A DNA stretch of 64,000 nucleotides from a virus (Duplodnaviria; Heunggongvirae; Uroviricota; Caudoviricetes): IMG/VR virus record IMGVR_UViG_3300037524_001291; one strand, written 5' to 3'. Below, piece by piece: positions 37,135 to 47,270 of this stretch (the first letter of the stretch is position 1; each line of letters begins with the position of its first letter). Both the position numbers and the translations under genes were made by a program. The notes under the pieces are model-generated. The model saw only the letters and a program-made list of their open reading frames with translations. It searched no databases and was not told the DNA's origin.

Positions 37135-38013
37135 TTAGTTAGAAATAGCATTTACTTCTCTTCTAAAGCTCTCTGAAAATTCTTCTATATCTTTTTGAGT
37201 TTCATACTCATAATTATCTAATAACTCTTTTCCAGATGCCTTAACATTACCAGACACTGTAGCATCACCAGCTACTCTAACATTACCAGATATATCAGCA
37301 TTATCATATACTTCAGCCTTAATAAAGACTTTAGCATTACCATATACTTTAGCATTATCATATACTTGAGCTTCATCATATACCTGAGCATTTCCATAGA
37401 CTTTAGCCTTACCAAAGACTCTAGCGTTACCAGATACCACAGCTTTTTCATATACCTGTGCATCCCCATACACTTCAGCATTATCAAATACCAAAGCATC
37501 TCCATAGACCTTAGCTTTTTCCAATACTGTAGCTTTACCAGATACTTTAGCATTACCATAGACTTGAGCAGTGTCAGATAATTTAGCGTCTCCAAAGACT
37601 TGAGCATTACCAAAGACTTTAACATCAAAAGATAAATTAGAGTTTCCAAAGACTTGAGCCTTATCATATATATTTGAATTAGATACTTTAGCATTACCAT
37701 AGACTTTAGCATTACCATAGACTCTACTAACATCAAGGAGTTCAGCATTACCATATACTTTAGCATTACCAGATACTATAGAATAATCATCGACTAGAGC
37801 ATTATCATAGACTTTAGCTTTTTCATATGCCATAGCTCTAAGATCTACCCAACAATTTCCTTTATCAGATAGGTTGTCTTCACTTTGGATATACCCACCT
37901 AAGTCTCCCTCTTTCACTTTACCAAAACTCTTTAAAGCTTTTATTCTGTATAAGGTTGTTCCACTAAAAATTATACTCTTATCCATCAGTAATTCATATT
38001 TACTGTTAGCCAT
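37135..38013 (-). CDS. Hexapeptide-repeat beta-helix protein (different tail)
   Basis: LYRIKALKSFG...GDLGGYI head; AKVYGN repeats. Confidence 0.9.
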   Translation of the reverse strand: MANSKYELLMDKSIIFSGTTLYRIKALKSFGKVKEGDLGGYIQSEDNLSDKGNCWVDLRAMAYEKAKVYDNALVDDYSIVSGNAKVYGNAELLDVSRVYGNAKVYGNAKVSNSNIYDKAQVFGNSNLSFDVKVFGNAQVFGDAKLSDTAQVYGNAKVSGKATVLEKAKVYGDALVFDNAEVYGDAQVYEKAVVSGNARVFGKAKVYGNAQVYDEAQVYDNAKVYGNAKVFIKAEVYDNADISGNVRVAGDATVSGNVKASGKELLDNYEYETQKDIEEFSESFRREVNAISN

Positions 38014-38075
38014 TATAGTATTCCTCCTATTAAAAATATATCTTACTCAATATATATATATAAATCTTTTCATAT

Positions 38076-38738
38076 TTAAAGTAAATCTTTTACTCTATTT
38101 TTTAAATCAGAGAGTGGAGCTATTTCTTTTCTTACTTTTCCATCTAATTTTGTATCCCCAAAGATTTTTTCATCATCCTTTAATTCTACATTTCCACGTA
38201 CCTCAGCGTTTCCGTATATCTGAACATTTCCATGTATTTTAGCGTTATCAGATACTTTAGAATTACCATACACCTTAGCATTACCTGATACCTCAGAAGC
38301 ACCATATACATGAGTCTTTCCATATACCAAAGCTTCTCCAAAGATTTCAGCATTATCAAATACTTTAGCTTTTTCATATACCTCAGCACTTTCATATATC
38401 CTAGCTTTATCATATATTTCAGCGTTACCATATACCTTAGTATTTTCATATACCCGAGCTTCTCCAAATATTTTGGCATTATCAAAAACACTAGCATAGT
38501 CAAATACTTTAGCATCTCCAAATACTTTGGCATCTCCATACACAAAAGCTTGTCCACCTACCCAACACTCACCATTATGAGAAAGATTATCCTCACTCTC
38601 TATATATCCACCTCTATAATAGGCTTTCATCTTACCAAAGGATTTTAAAGCTCTTATTCTTGTTAGGGTTCTTCCTTCATATGTTATTGTGTCCTCTTTT
38701 ATAAACTCATATTTTTTATTAGGCATTAGGTTAGGCAC
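38076..38738 (-). CDS. Hexapeptide-repeat beta-helix protein with C-terminal tag
   Basis: Tail RKEIAPLSDLKNRVKDLL. Confidence 0.9.
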   Translation of the reverse strand: MPNLMPNKKYEFIKEDTITYEGRTLTRIRALKSFGKMKAYYRGGYIESEDNLSHNGECWVGGQAFVYGDAKVFGDAKVFDYASVFDNAKIFGEARVYENTKVYGNAEIYDKARIYESAEVYEKAKVFDNAEIFGEALVYGKTHVYGASEVSGNAKVYGNSKVSDNAKIHGNVQIYGNAEVRGNVELKDDEKIFGDTKLDGKVRKEIAPLSDLKNRVKDLL

Positions 38739-38742
38739 TCCT

Positions 38743-39165
38743 TTATAGTAAGTCTTTAACTCTGGCTTTTAAATCTGAGAGAGGGGCTACTTCTTTTCTT
38801 ATCTGTGCTTTTCCTTTTGCTATTCTTCTAGTTGATAAAAGTTGAGGATGGTAGTCTCCCCAGTAATAATCATCTACATCATCTAGGGTTTTATAAGGTC
38901 GTACTCTATTTATAGTGTCGTATGCTTTTGTTCCAAAAATACGCCCTGTTTCTTTCTCTATCATATAGTTACTTTGTTTAGCAACTTTAATCAACACATA
39001 TTTTTGACGATATTCAGCTGTAACAACACCATACCCCATAGAAAGAAGAGAGTCATGACCCTCATCATATAGTTTTTGTTTAATCTCATTAGATATTTTA
39101 TTTACTAGGTAGTCTACTTTACGTTTGAATTCGTCTGTAACTGGTATAACAGGGGCACCCCACAT
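38743..39165 (-). CDS. Unrelated phage protein carrying the same C-terminal tag
   Basis: No hexapeptide repeats; tail RKEVAPLSDLKARVKDLL. Confidence 0.85.
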   Translation of the reverse strand: MWGAPVIPVTDEFKRKVDYLVNKISNEIKQKLYDEGHDSLLSMGYGVVTAEYRQKYVLIKVAKQSNYMIEKETGRIFGTKAYDTINRVRPYKTLDDVDDYYWGDYHPQLLSTRRIAKGKAQIRKEVAPLSDLKARVKDLL

Positions 39166-39201
39166 AATAAATCATCTCCTAAAAATAAAATTTATTAGGG
39201 T

Positions 39202-39462
39202 TTAGTGTTCAAACTCATAGGTGTCTAAATCAGGGGTATCCCCGACTTTTTCTAAGAGTTCGTACTCACCATCACGTATACTACAGAGAACGTCATGTTC
39301 ACCAAATCCTGTATCTAGAGATATCTTAACAGTATATCCAATACAACCATCAGCAAGTAGCTGAATACCACAAATAGTTCCAATTTTAGTATGTTCAATA
39401 GAAGTAGTATCTTCTTTAAGGATTTTAACTTTATCCTCTAAACACAGGTTAAACTTTCTCAT
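39202..39462 (-). CDS. Hypothetical protein
   Basis: ORF with GGAGGTG RBS. Confidence 0.75.
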   Translation of the reverse strand: MRKFNLCLEDKVKILKEDTTSIEHTKIGTICGIQLLADGCIGYTVKISLDTGFGEHDVLCSIRDGEYELLEKVGDTPDLDTYEFEH

Positions 39463-39514
39463 GAAAAAACACCTCCCTATATTAATTATATATAAAGAGG
39501 TGTTAATTTAGAGA

Positions 39515-39904
39515 CTACAAATTAAAAATCTGTTGATACTTATCCAAAGTTTCCTTAGAATCAGGTACAAGAGTAAGACTAGATAGATACCAAAAGTGTT
39601 CCCATTTGATTTTTAGAGGTGTTGAAGCATTCTCATCAAACCTTTTACAGAGAAAAACAAACTCTAAGTACGCATTTATACCATGAGTAAACAATAAGGA
39701 AACATCTAGGGCATTAACTCCAATATAGTTTTTAATACCTTCAAGAGCTGTATCTACAGGAGTTTTCCCTACTGATACAATCTCAGTAGGGAAACTCCAT
39801 GTATTTGATACATCTTTATCTAGTATTAAGACTTTATTTTGAGAATTTACTATAAAACATTTACAAACCCATAAATCTTCGGGACTTCTATGTTTTCTAA
39901 TCAA
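39515..39904 (-). CDS. NUDIX-fold protein with degenerate Nudix box
   Basis: KVLIL...WSFP...V..GKTPVDTALEGIKNYIG. Confidence 0.6.
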   Translation of the reverse strand: MIRKHRSPEDLWVCKCFIVNSQNKVLILDKDVSNTWSFPTEIVSVGKTPVDTALEGIKNYIGVNALDVSLLFTHGINAYLEFVFLCKRFDENASTPLKIKWEHFWYLSSLTLVPDSKETLDKYQQIFNL

Positions 39905-39933
39905 GTCTTAATCTCCATTCTAACAACTTTTTT

Positions 39934-42900
39934 TTATGGTCTTGTTACAGGGTATACATCCATCTTTAGAGGATTTTTTAGAGTAGATTTGTCTATCATC
40001 AAAATATTATCATTTTGGTCTTTAACAATCTCAACAGTAATAACTCCATTACTTGGTATTACATTTCCAAGATTAAGAATTACTTCTCTATTATTCCCAC
40101 CTTCTGGAATAACTGCTGATGTTACTGTCCATAACTGTCCACCTATAGTAACTTTAAAGTTTCTAGCAGAAGAGTTAGAATCAGCATTAACAGAAGGAGC
40201 TACAAAATAACGTACTTGTTCATCAAATTCTACTTTAATTTGATTTGTTCCAGTAACCTTTGCATTAAGTACAACTGGACGAGCGTTATCCAATACCCAT
40301 ACTCTTACATCAACAGGGAACATTTGACCACCATCAGGATGAGCTACTCTACTTACAGAGAAAGCACAATCTCCTGTTTCTTTTACACTATCTCTAGGTA
40401 GAACAAATATAGCATATTGATGTTTATTATCTGGGTCTGCATTATTAACAGTATACTCAATAACAGTATTAGTTCCGAGTAATGCATCCCACTCAGTTAG
40501 GGTCTTACCATCTAAAGAGTAGTTATCTTTATTAGTAAGTGTTCTTACATCAATTGTACCTGTAAACTCCACTCTCATTGAGTTTGAAGCTTCATCATAG
40601 TACATTAGTTCTCTTGATGTTTGTGGTACATATTGTTCTGGTGTTGGTTTTGGAAGTTTTTCTAACACTTTTCCTAACCTTGTCATTTGAGTAGAAGTAT
40701 AACCAAGTCCTACATGGTTATCATGTCTTCTGAAGTGATATCTTTCTGGTGTTTCTACTCTAGCATCATCAACATAGAGAATATCGTAGAAGTTTCCACC
40801 AAATTCAAAATCATATTCTACTGTAGAAGGTACAAGTAGATCTGTGATTTCTGGAGTTTGTTCAAAAGTATTCAACTCATTATCTAGAGGTGAATCTGTG
40901 AAGTATCCATTAGGGATTTCAACTTTATATTGAGTATTTCCTACTAGTTTTGCATTTTCCAATAACTCAGGATAATTTGACAAATCTAGAAGCAACTCGT
41001 TAGTATTCCAGTCAAAAGAGATACTTCCTAAGAAACCTGGATGATTATCTGAATTCTCTGTTGGAGGGATAGGTGCATCAGGTCTTAGGGTATAATTTGT
41101 AACCACTGCCTTATGTGTTGCCCCATTTTTATCTACATAAGATACTGTAATAGGCAAGTAATGGTCATTATTATATTGATTTCTTGAGATAGTATTTTTA
41201 AATCTCAAATCATCATACTGATAAGCGATAGGTGCTACAAAAGGAGTGATATTTTCGTCAGCTACCCATGGATTTACATCTTTCACAGGTATACTAAGAA
41301 CAGTACCTCTTCCTTTGTATTTAATATCAGCAATACCTAATGTTGTAGGTGCTAGTATGTCATTTCTCAATTCCATACCTACTTTATACATACTGTTTGC
41401 ATATAGAGGGTGAACTGGATGAGCTACAACAGCTTCCTCAACACATACATCTCTATAGATTACATCTTGATTATCGTATGCAAGGTATTCACTTGAGTGT
41501 ACTCCTGTTGGTATTGCTCCTGATGGCTCAGTATCAACACAAGGTACAGCTACATATGAATAGTACTTTCCATTAGCTGATTTCTTTGAAGGTGCGAAAG
41601 GAACTTGTAGAAGTCCAATACCTTCTCCGTCTGGATTTTTGATTTTTAGAGTACCTTGAACATCTTCTCTGTTAAATTCAACTCTGAAAATGTTATCAGC
41701 TACTTGATCGATATTTTTGATAACTGGAGGAACTATTACAGGAGGCACTACAGCATTATCATGGAATTTTACTGTTAGATAATGTTCAGCAGGCACTTCA
41801 ATATTTCCAGCTAAATCAGTAATACCCTTTATTTGGATATTATAAGTTTGATGTACAGCAAATTCTTCATTGAATCTTTCACACTCTTTTAATACTGCTT
41901 TTTCAGCTTCTAGAGTTACTATTCTAGAATCCCAATAATCACTATCTGCATCCATTCTAAATGTCAAATACTCATTTATATTTCCCATTAGGGTAGATGC
42001 TATCAAGTTATTATTTACATACAATCTAACATTTCTATCTCTTAATAAAGCAGAAATTGAAAGATCATGTGTATCAAAAACAGGTTCTGAGTATAGAAGT
42101 GAGATTTTTTCAGCTTCTTGACTATTTGATGGTAATGTTCTTACTAGGTCAAATGTTCCTAACTCAACTGGTAGTGAAGTTCCTTCTGAAACAGAAGTTA
42201 CGTTATTAAATGGAACTTTGTTTACTCCTACTAGTTCAGGTTTAACCAAATCAAGAATCTTGATAGATTGTACTGCTGTATTTATTGAGAATCTTCCAGA
42301 TGTATCTTTAATATTTCTTACTCCAACATTAACAGACATATCTTTTACTAAGCTTTTTGTTGTTGGAACTGCTGTTTTAGATGCTCTCATTACAATTACT
42401 AGTGTTTTTTCAGCATCATCAGTCAAATCCAAATCTTCTATATTAGTAAATCTAGCGTCTTCTGGCAAGTATATATTTACTACTGTCTTACCATTAACAT
42501 TAGCTGAACTAATATTATGATTCCACCACTCATCTATACCACCAGAGTAAGTAGTAGCTAGATTACTAAGTTGATTACTTTCAAGTATAGAAGGTGTGTT
42601 CCACACAGCACTACCGTCTACCATCTCGAAGTAATAATTTCTAGGGTCTTTTGCACTAGCTAAATCAACTGCTTTATTAAACGTCACTTTAATATGACGA
42701 TAACTAACAAAACTAATTTGCTCTACTGCTGACCTTAATGGTGTTGGTGTTGCTGTAGGTGTTGCTGTAGGTGTTGCTGTAGGTGAACCTGTTGCTAGAG
42801 TATCAAAATCACTCCATAATTGAGATGTTGGTGGATTTGTACCATCTTTATCCCATAGAGTAATATTTGAGAAAGAGCTTTTTTCTTGAGGTGTCATTGG

Positions 42901-43134
42901 AGTTCCTGTGAATAAACCAACGAATCCATTAGTTTGACCAAGCAAATTATAGAAGTACTTACCATTTGCTAAGTCTAGGGCTGTTTGAACCCCAGGTATG
43001 TTATTAAACAGTGACCTCAAGGTAAATGCGGTATTTCCTAATACTACTGTATCGTTAGGTAGTGCCATAGCTGGTGTACTTAACAACATAACCAAAGCTA
43101 AAGCTAACGATATAACTCTCATCTTTCTTTTCAT
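39934..43134 (-). CDS. Large secreted S-layer-like protein with Thr-Pro linker and Ig-like domains
   Basis: Signal peptide after GGGAGG, (TPTA)n linker, V.F...VD...A....NY Ig-like (Big) patterns. Confidence 0.8.
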   Translation of the reverse strand: MKRKMRVISLALALVMLLSTPAMALPNDTVVLGNTAFTLRSLFNNIPGVQTALDLANGKYFYNLLGQTNGFVGLFTGTPMTPQEKSSFSNITLWDKDGTNPPTSQLWSDFDTLATGSPTATPTATPTATPTPLRSAVEQISFVSYRHIKVTFNKAVDLASAKDPRNYYFEMVDGSAVWNTPSILESNQLSNLATTYSGGIDEWWNHNISSANVNGKTVVNIYLPEDARFTNIEDLDLTDDAEKTLVIVMRASKTAVPTTKSLVKDMSVNVGVRNIKDTSGRFSINTAVQSIKILDLVKPELVGVNKVPFNNVTSVSEGTSLPVELGTFDLVRTLPSNSQEAEKISLLYSEPVFDTHDLSISALLRDRNVRLYVNNNLIASTLMGNINEYLTFRMDADSDYWDSRIVTLEAEKAVLKECERFNEEFAVHQTYNIQIKGITDLAGNIEVPAEHYLTVKFHDNAVVPPVIVPPVIKNIDQVADNIFRVEFNREDVQGTLKIKNPDGEGIGLLQVPFAPSKKSANGKYYSYVAVPCVDTEPSGAIPTGVHSSEYLAYDNQDVIYRDVCVEEAVVAHPVHPLYANSMYKVGMELRNDILAPTTLGIADIKYKGRGTVLSIPVKDVNPWVADENITPFVAPIAYQYDDLRFKNTISRNQYNNDHYLPITVSYVDKNGATHKAVVTNYTLRPDAPIPPTENSDNHPGFLGSISFDWNTNELLLDLSNYPELLENAKLVGNTQYKVEIPNGYFTDSPLDNELNTFEQTPEITDLLVPSTVEYDFEFGGNFYDILYVDDARVETPERYHFRRHDNHVGLGYTSTQMTRLGKVLEKLPKPTPEQYVPQTSRELMYYDEASNSMRVEFTGTIDVRTLTNKDNYSLDGKTLTEWDALLGTNTVIEYTVNNADPDNKHQYAIFVLPRDSVKETGDCAFSVSRVAHPDGGQMFPVDVRVWVLDNARPVVLNAKVTGTNQIKVEFDEQVRYFVAPSVNADSNSSARNFKVTIGGQLWTVTSAVIPEGGNNREVILNLGNVIPSNGVITVEIVKDQNDNILMIDKSTLKNPLKMDVYPVTRP

Positions 43135-43197
43135 AAAAACTTCCTCCCATGTCATTTTTTTATCATTAAGAAGATTATACATCTTCAAAAGACCTTT

Positions 43198-45423
43198 TTA
43201 TTTTACAATTGTGTATCCTGTGGAACTATTTGTACTTACATTAACTACTACAGTACCCACAACAGTTTCGTCATTATTTAATATACTAACTATTCTTGTT
43301 GTCTCTGTAGTATTAACCTCAATAGTTTCTCCAATAGGTTTTATTAGGGTAGAGCCTTCTACTTTAAACTTTGTACCTATTGTAGAGGATATAACCTTAA
43401 TACTTTTAAAAGTGGGAAGTGATTCAGCAACTACTACAGAAATATTAGATGTTTGTATCTCTGTATCAGATAGTATCACATTGTACCAATTTTCACTTCC
43501 AGTACTTATATTTAGAACTAAAGTTCCTCTTACTATTAAACCAGTACTATCTAAAAAGGTAATAAGAACTGTTGTATTACTAGAGTTAATTACTATAAAA
43601 TCTCCTACATCTTTAACTAAACTTGATCCTTCAACCTTAAATTTAAGTCCTAAAGGAGCATCGAGTAATTTAATAGTCTTAAAACTAGGTAGAGCCTCAG
43701 CTACCACTACAGACATTTTAATATTACTTCCGATAGGTGGTGTAGGTGTTGGTACTACTGTAGCTGTAGGTGTTGCTGTAGCTGTAGGTGTTACTGTAGG
43801 TGTTACTGTAGGTGTTGGGCTAGGTGTTACTGTAGATGTTGGGCTAGGTTTTATAAGTAAAGTTATAGTATATTCCTTTACTTGATTAGTACCTACATCA
43901 ATAACAACTGTCCCTATAACCCTACCATCTAAATCTAGGATTGAAAGTAATTTAGTAGTATCTCCTGTATTAATAACAACTTCTTCTCCTAAGTTTTTAA
44001 TTAGGGTAGAACCATCAACTTTAAACTTAGAACCGATATTTGATTCTACTTTTACATTTTTAAAAGTAGGTAATGAAGAAGCTACCACTACAGTAACCTT
44101 AGCTTTATAACTAGGTGTTGCTGTAGGGGTAGGAGTTGGTACTACAGGTGACTTTATTATTGTATAATTCTTAGTACTAGAAACTCCAACATCAATATCT
44201 GTTGTTCCAAGTACTACATCATTAGCATCTAATACAGAAAGTTTCCTTTTAGTTTCAGATGTATTAACTACAATATCCCCACCGATACCTTTAACTAGGG
44301 TTGATCCTTCTATCTTAAACTTAGTTCCGATTGTCATAGTATTTACTTTTATATTCTTAAAAGTAGGTAATGAAGAAGCAACTACTACCGTAACATTAAC
44401 AAGTTCATTAGGAACTTCAGTAGGCTTAGGTGTTGGTACTGCTATAGAAGTATTTCCACCACCGCCACCACCTCCACCAGAACTCTGATAAGGTGTTACT
44501 GTAATTTTAAATTTACTTGTTACAGGATATGAATTAGATCCTTTACGAGATGCAGTAATAGTTATTTCAGAAGTTCCCTGTGATACAGGAGTAATTGTCA
44601 TAGTAGAATCTTTAAGAACTACTTTTACAACTGAGGTATTACTTGAAACAACTGTTAAATCAACTGTTTCTGGTGATACTTTAATTGTTTGACTAAAAAC
44701 CCCAGTATTTAATGATATAACTTTATCGTCTATCTTAGTAATAACTATTGAAACTGGTGTTGATGTAGGGGATGGTGTTGATGTAACTACAGCATCTTTA
44801 CCTTTTAGCTTCAATATATTTTGAAGTACTACTATAGCTTCAGCTCTAGTTATTAATTTTGTATGACGGAAGTAACCATCTACATATCCACTCATATAAC
44901 CTTCTTTAATAACTGCGTTGATGTATCCCTTACTCCATTCTGGGAAGTCTTTAGAATCCTTTAAAGTGCTAGGAGTACTTGTTGTTTTTAATTTCATTAT
45001 TCTTGCTACTATAACAGCCACTTCTTGTCTTGTTATCTTTTTATTAGGACTAACTTGATTTGACCCTACCCCTACTAAATAACCATTTTTCTTTGCTATA
45101 GAGGTTTGACTGTAGAACCAATCACTAGGACGAACATCTGAGAAATTATCTCCCTCCTCCGTAAATCCAAATGACTTATTAACTAGGGTTATGAGTTCTG
45201 CCCTTGTTATGGGTTTATCCAATCCAAGTGTTCCGTCTGGATATCCTTTAATGATACCAGAATCTATCCAAATAGAAACTTGATCCTTAGCCCAGTGGTT
45301 TTCCAACTCTGTATAAGTATTCCCTACAGCAAAAACAGATCCTGATAATATACTAATCATCATTATCATTGCTGTAAGAAATGCAACAGATTTGTTTCTA
45401 CTTCTAGTACTAAACTCCAACAT
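43198..45423 (-). CDS. S-layer homology (3x SLH) protein with Ig-like domain and four C-terminal repeats
   Basis: HWAK...GIIKGYPDGT...ITRAE, FSDV..SDW, ITRQE, ITRAE; four V.VVA.SLPTFK repeats separated by TP linkers. Confidence 0.93.
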   Translation of the reverse strand: MLEFSTRSRNKSVAFLTAMIMMISILSGSVFAVGNTYTELENHWAKDQVSIWIDSGIIKGYPDGTLGLDKPITRAELITLVNKSFGFTEEGDNFSDVRPSDWFYSQTSIAKKNGYLVGVGSNQVSPNKKITRQEVAVIVARIMKLKTTSTPSTLKDSKDFPEWSKGYINAVIKEGYMSGYVDGYFRHTKLITRAEAIVVLQNILKLKGKDAVVTSTPSPTSTPVSIVITKIDDKVISLNTGVFSQTIKVSPETVDLTVVSSNTSVVKVVLKDSTMTITPVSQGTSEITITASRKGSNSYPVTSKFKITVTPYQSSGGGGGGGGNTSIAVPTPKPTEVPNELVNVTVVVASSLPTFKNIKVNTMTIGTKFKIEGSTLVKGIGGDIVVNTSETKRKLSVLDANDVVLGTTDIDVGVSSTKNYTIIKSPVVPTPTPTATPSYKAKVTVVVASSLPTFKNVKVESNIGSKFKVDGSTLIKNLGEEVVINTGDTTKLLSILDLDGRVIGTVVIDVGTNQVKEYTITLLIKPSPTSTVTPSPTPTVTPTVTPTATATPTATVVPTPTPPIGSNIKMSVVVAEALPSFKTIKLLDAPLGLKFKVEGSSLVKDVGDFIVINSSNTTVLITFLDSTGLIVRGTLVLNISTGSENWYNVILSDTEIQTSNISVVVAESLPTFKSIKVISSTIGTKFKVEGSTLIKPIGETIEVNTTETTRIVSILNNDETVVGTVVVNVSTNSSTGYTIVK

Positions 45424-45430
45424 AAACTTT

Positions 45431-45562
45431 CTGCTACTATAAACATAGACAAATATCTATGCAAGAAAATTGCTGGTTCAACGTGTCTGTTCTCGTATAT
45501 CTCTATACTACTAACATTTAATATAACACTCCACAGCCGTAAATTCCCATGTAACCCACGGT
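45431..45562 (-). mobile_element. Degenerate TnpB omegaRNA/right-end remnant (IS607-like end)
   Basis: ACCGTGGGTTACATGGGAATTTACGGCTGTGGAG...CGTTGAACCAGCAA pattern; no tnpB ORF. Confidence 0.55.
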
Positions 45563-45924
45563 ACATATATACAAAATCTTTTTAAATGATTTTTGTATAT
45601 CTTCTTAGTAGCTTTCTCCTTTCATAATTTTTTTTAATTTTACTTGGCTTTCGCATTTTCACAACACATACGCCCCTATGGGTCTATATTAAGTATGTGC
45701 CTACAATTTATACATTTGTCAATGTTTAATACATATAAAACAATATTCTAAGACATAAAAATCTCCTCCCCTCTCTAGAAATAGTAGTATGGTGACTTTA
45801 TTCTAACTAAGTAAAGAAATAAAGTAACAATCACAGGATAATACTCTTTTATTGAATTATTGTTACCATCTAATATAAGATACGTAAAAAATATAATTTA
45901 GTTTCTACTCTTTTTTATTTATTT

Positions 45925-46752
45925 TTATTTATTTTTATAATTGGTAATTAATATCTCACACTCTTTACCACTTTTATCTTTTTTTTGATAATTACAATTC
46001 TTATAATTATACTCTAAGTAACTAACATTATACCTAATTGACCACTCTTTAATCCAATCGGTATTTAACATATTAGACATAGCGAACTTAATATCCATTT
46101 TATTTAAATTATCTAATAATTTAAATAGCTCCATATCATTATTATAAGTCCATCCACCATTTTCATTATATGTAGAAGTTGTTTTACTATAAGGAGGGTC
46201 TACATAGACAAAATCATCTTTCTGTAATGAATTTATATCCAATGAGGTAAAATCCTCATTAATAAATCTAATATTAATAGTTTTTATATGATCTACAAAC
46301 TCTATAAATTTTTGTTTTAGTATAGGGTTAAAACTCCTACTACCAAAAGGTAGATTAAATTTACCCTTTTTATTAAACCTAATTTGGTTATTAAAAGAAT
46401 AACAAACTAGGGTATAGAGTACTTCGGGTGTATTATTACCATTATTATAATATTCCCTTAATTTAATATACCCATCCACATTAGTTTTTGATAATTGAAA
46501 AAGCTCTATAAGTTTTTGTATCTTAAGTAGAATCGTCTCACTACTAAGTTTTTGGCACATTATATAAAATTCAATAATTTGTGGTATTATATCACTACAT
46601 ATTATTTTATTAGCTTTTACATTTATCCCGACATTACACCCACCACAGAATAAATCAATAAAAGTATTAATTTTGTTAGGAAATAGTGGTAGTATTTGTG
46701 GAAGTAGTTTATACTTTCCTCCTACATAAGAAAATGCTGATTTAATATAGAT
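45925..46752 (-). CDS. Dam-like (D12 class) adenine methyltransferase
   Basis: The frame is open upstream of the ORF-track start, giving YIKSAFSYVGGKYKLL and FIDLFCGG; FVYVDPPY. The start is probably ATC. Confidence 0.9.
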   Translation of the reverse strand: MYIKSAFSYVGGKYKLLPQILPLFPNKINTFIDLFCGGCNVGINVKANKIICSDIIPQIIEFYIMCQKLSSETILLKIQKLIELFQLSKTNVDGYIKLREYYNNGNNTPEVLYTLVCYSFNNQIRFNKKGKFNLPFGSRSFNPILKQKFIEFVDHIKTINIRFINEDFTSLDINSLQKDDFVYVDPPYSKTTSTYNENGGWTYNNDMELFKLLDNLNKMDIKFAMSNMLNTDWIKEWSIRYNVSYLEYNYKNCNYQKKDKSGKECEILITNYKNK

Positions 46753-46827
46753 ACTCTTTTCACTCCAATCTAATAATGTATTAAAAGACTCACCTATGTA
46801 TATATATTTTTATAATCTAAATAGGGA

Positions 46828-47043
46828 GTGGTTTATTTGCCAATAAGGAATAAAGATAACAACTGTTATTGTAATAGAGCGTACTATTTAAAAAAAGACC
46901 ATTTAAAAATAATTATGTGTAATAAAGAATTTAATTTAGTATGTTCCCATGCAAAACTTTGTAATAAGTATGGCTATTTTATCTTAAAAGACTCATCTGT
47001 ATTATGTCCTTATAATACAGAAGGTAAAAATAAGAGAAACTAA
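46828..47043 (+). CDS. Small Cys-rich protein (plus-strand cassette)
   Basis: GTG start with AGGGAG RBS. Confidence 0.6.
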   Translation: MVYLPIRNKDNNCYCNRAYYLKKDHLKIIMCNKEFNLVCSHAKLCNKYGYFILKDSSVLCPYNTEGKNKRN

Positions 47044-47085
47044 ATATTATTTTTTTACGTATATATTTTTAGGGAGGTGATTATT

Positions 47086-47250
47086 TTGAAGATTGTAACC
47101 GACATATGGAAATGTTTGTGTGGAAAGAATATTATAATACTAGGAGAGAATTTAGAGAGTATAAAATTAAAAAGTGATGAGATACTCTGTCCTATTTGTG
47201 GTGAAACAATGGAAAGTTCTGAAACAAGAACCTTAGAAATTGTTAAGTAG
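47086..47250 (+). CDS. 54-aa zinc-ribbon protein (not in ORF track)
   Basis: TTG after AGGGAGGTG; WKCLCG...CPICG. Confidence 0.75.
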   Translation: MKIVTDIWKCLCGKNIIILGENLESIKLKSDEILCPICGETMESSETRTLEIVK

Positions 47251-47270
47251 AACACAATTAAAAAGCAACA

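Noticed and set aside
21099-38648. Alternative-frame and antisense ORFs within the beta-helix genes (e.g. 21099, 26285, 26713, 27830, 28356, 28459, 28617, 37272, 37366, 38186, 38310)
   Set aside because: By-products of the repetitive codon pattern; no RBS, and fully nested in better genes.
20719-38738. Diversity-generating retroelement acting on the beta-helix genes
   Set aside because: No reverse transcriptase in the window and no template/variable pair differing only at adenines.
47055-47255. Minus-strand ORF 47055-47255
   Set aside because: Antisense to a better-supported plus-strand zinc-ribbon gene with a strong RBS.
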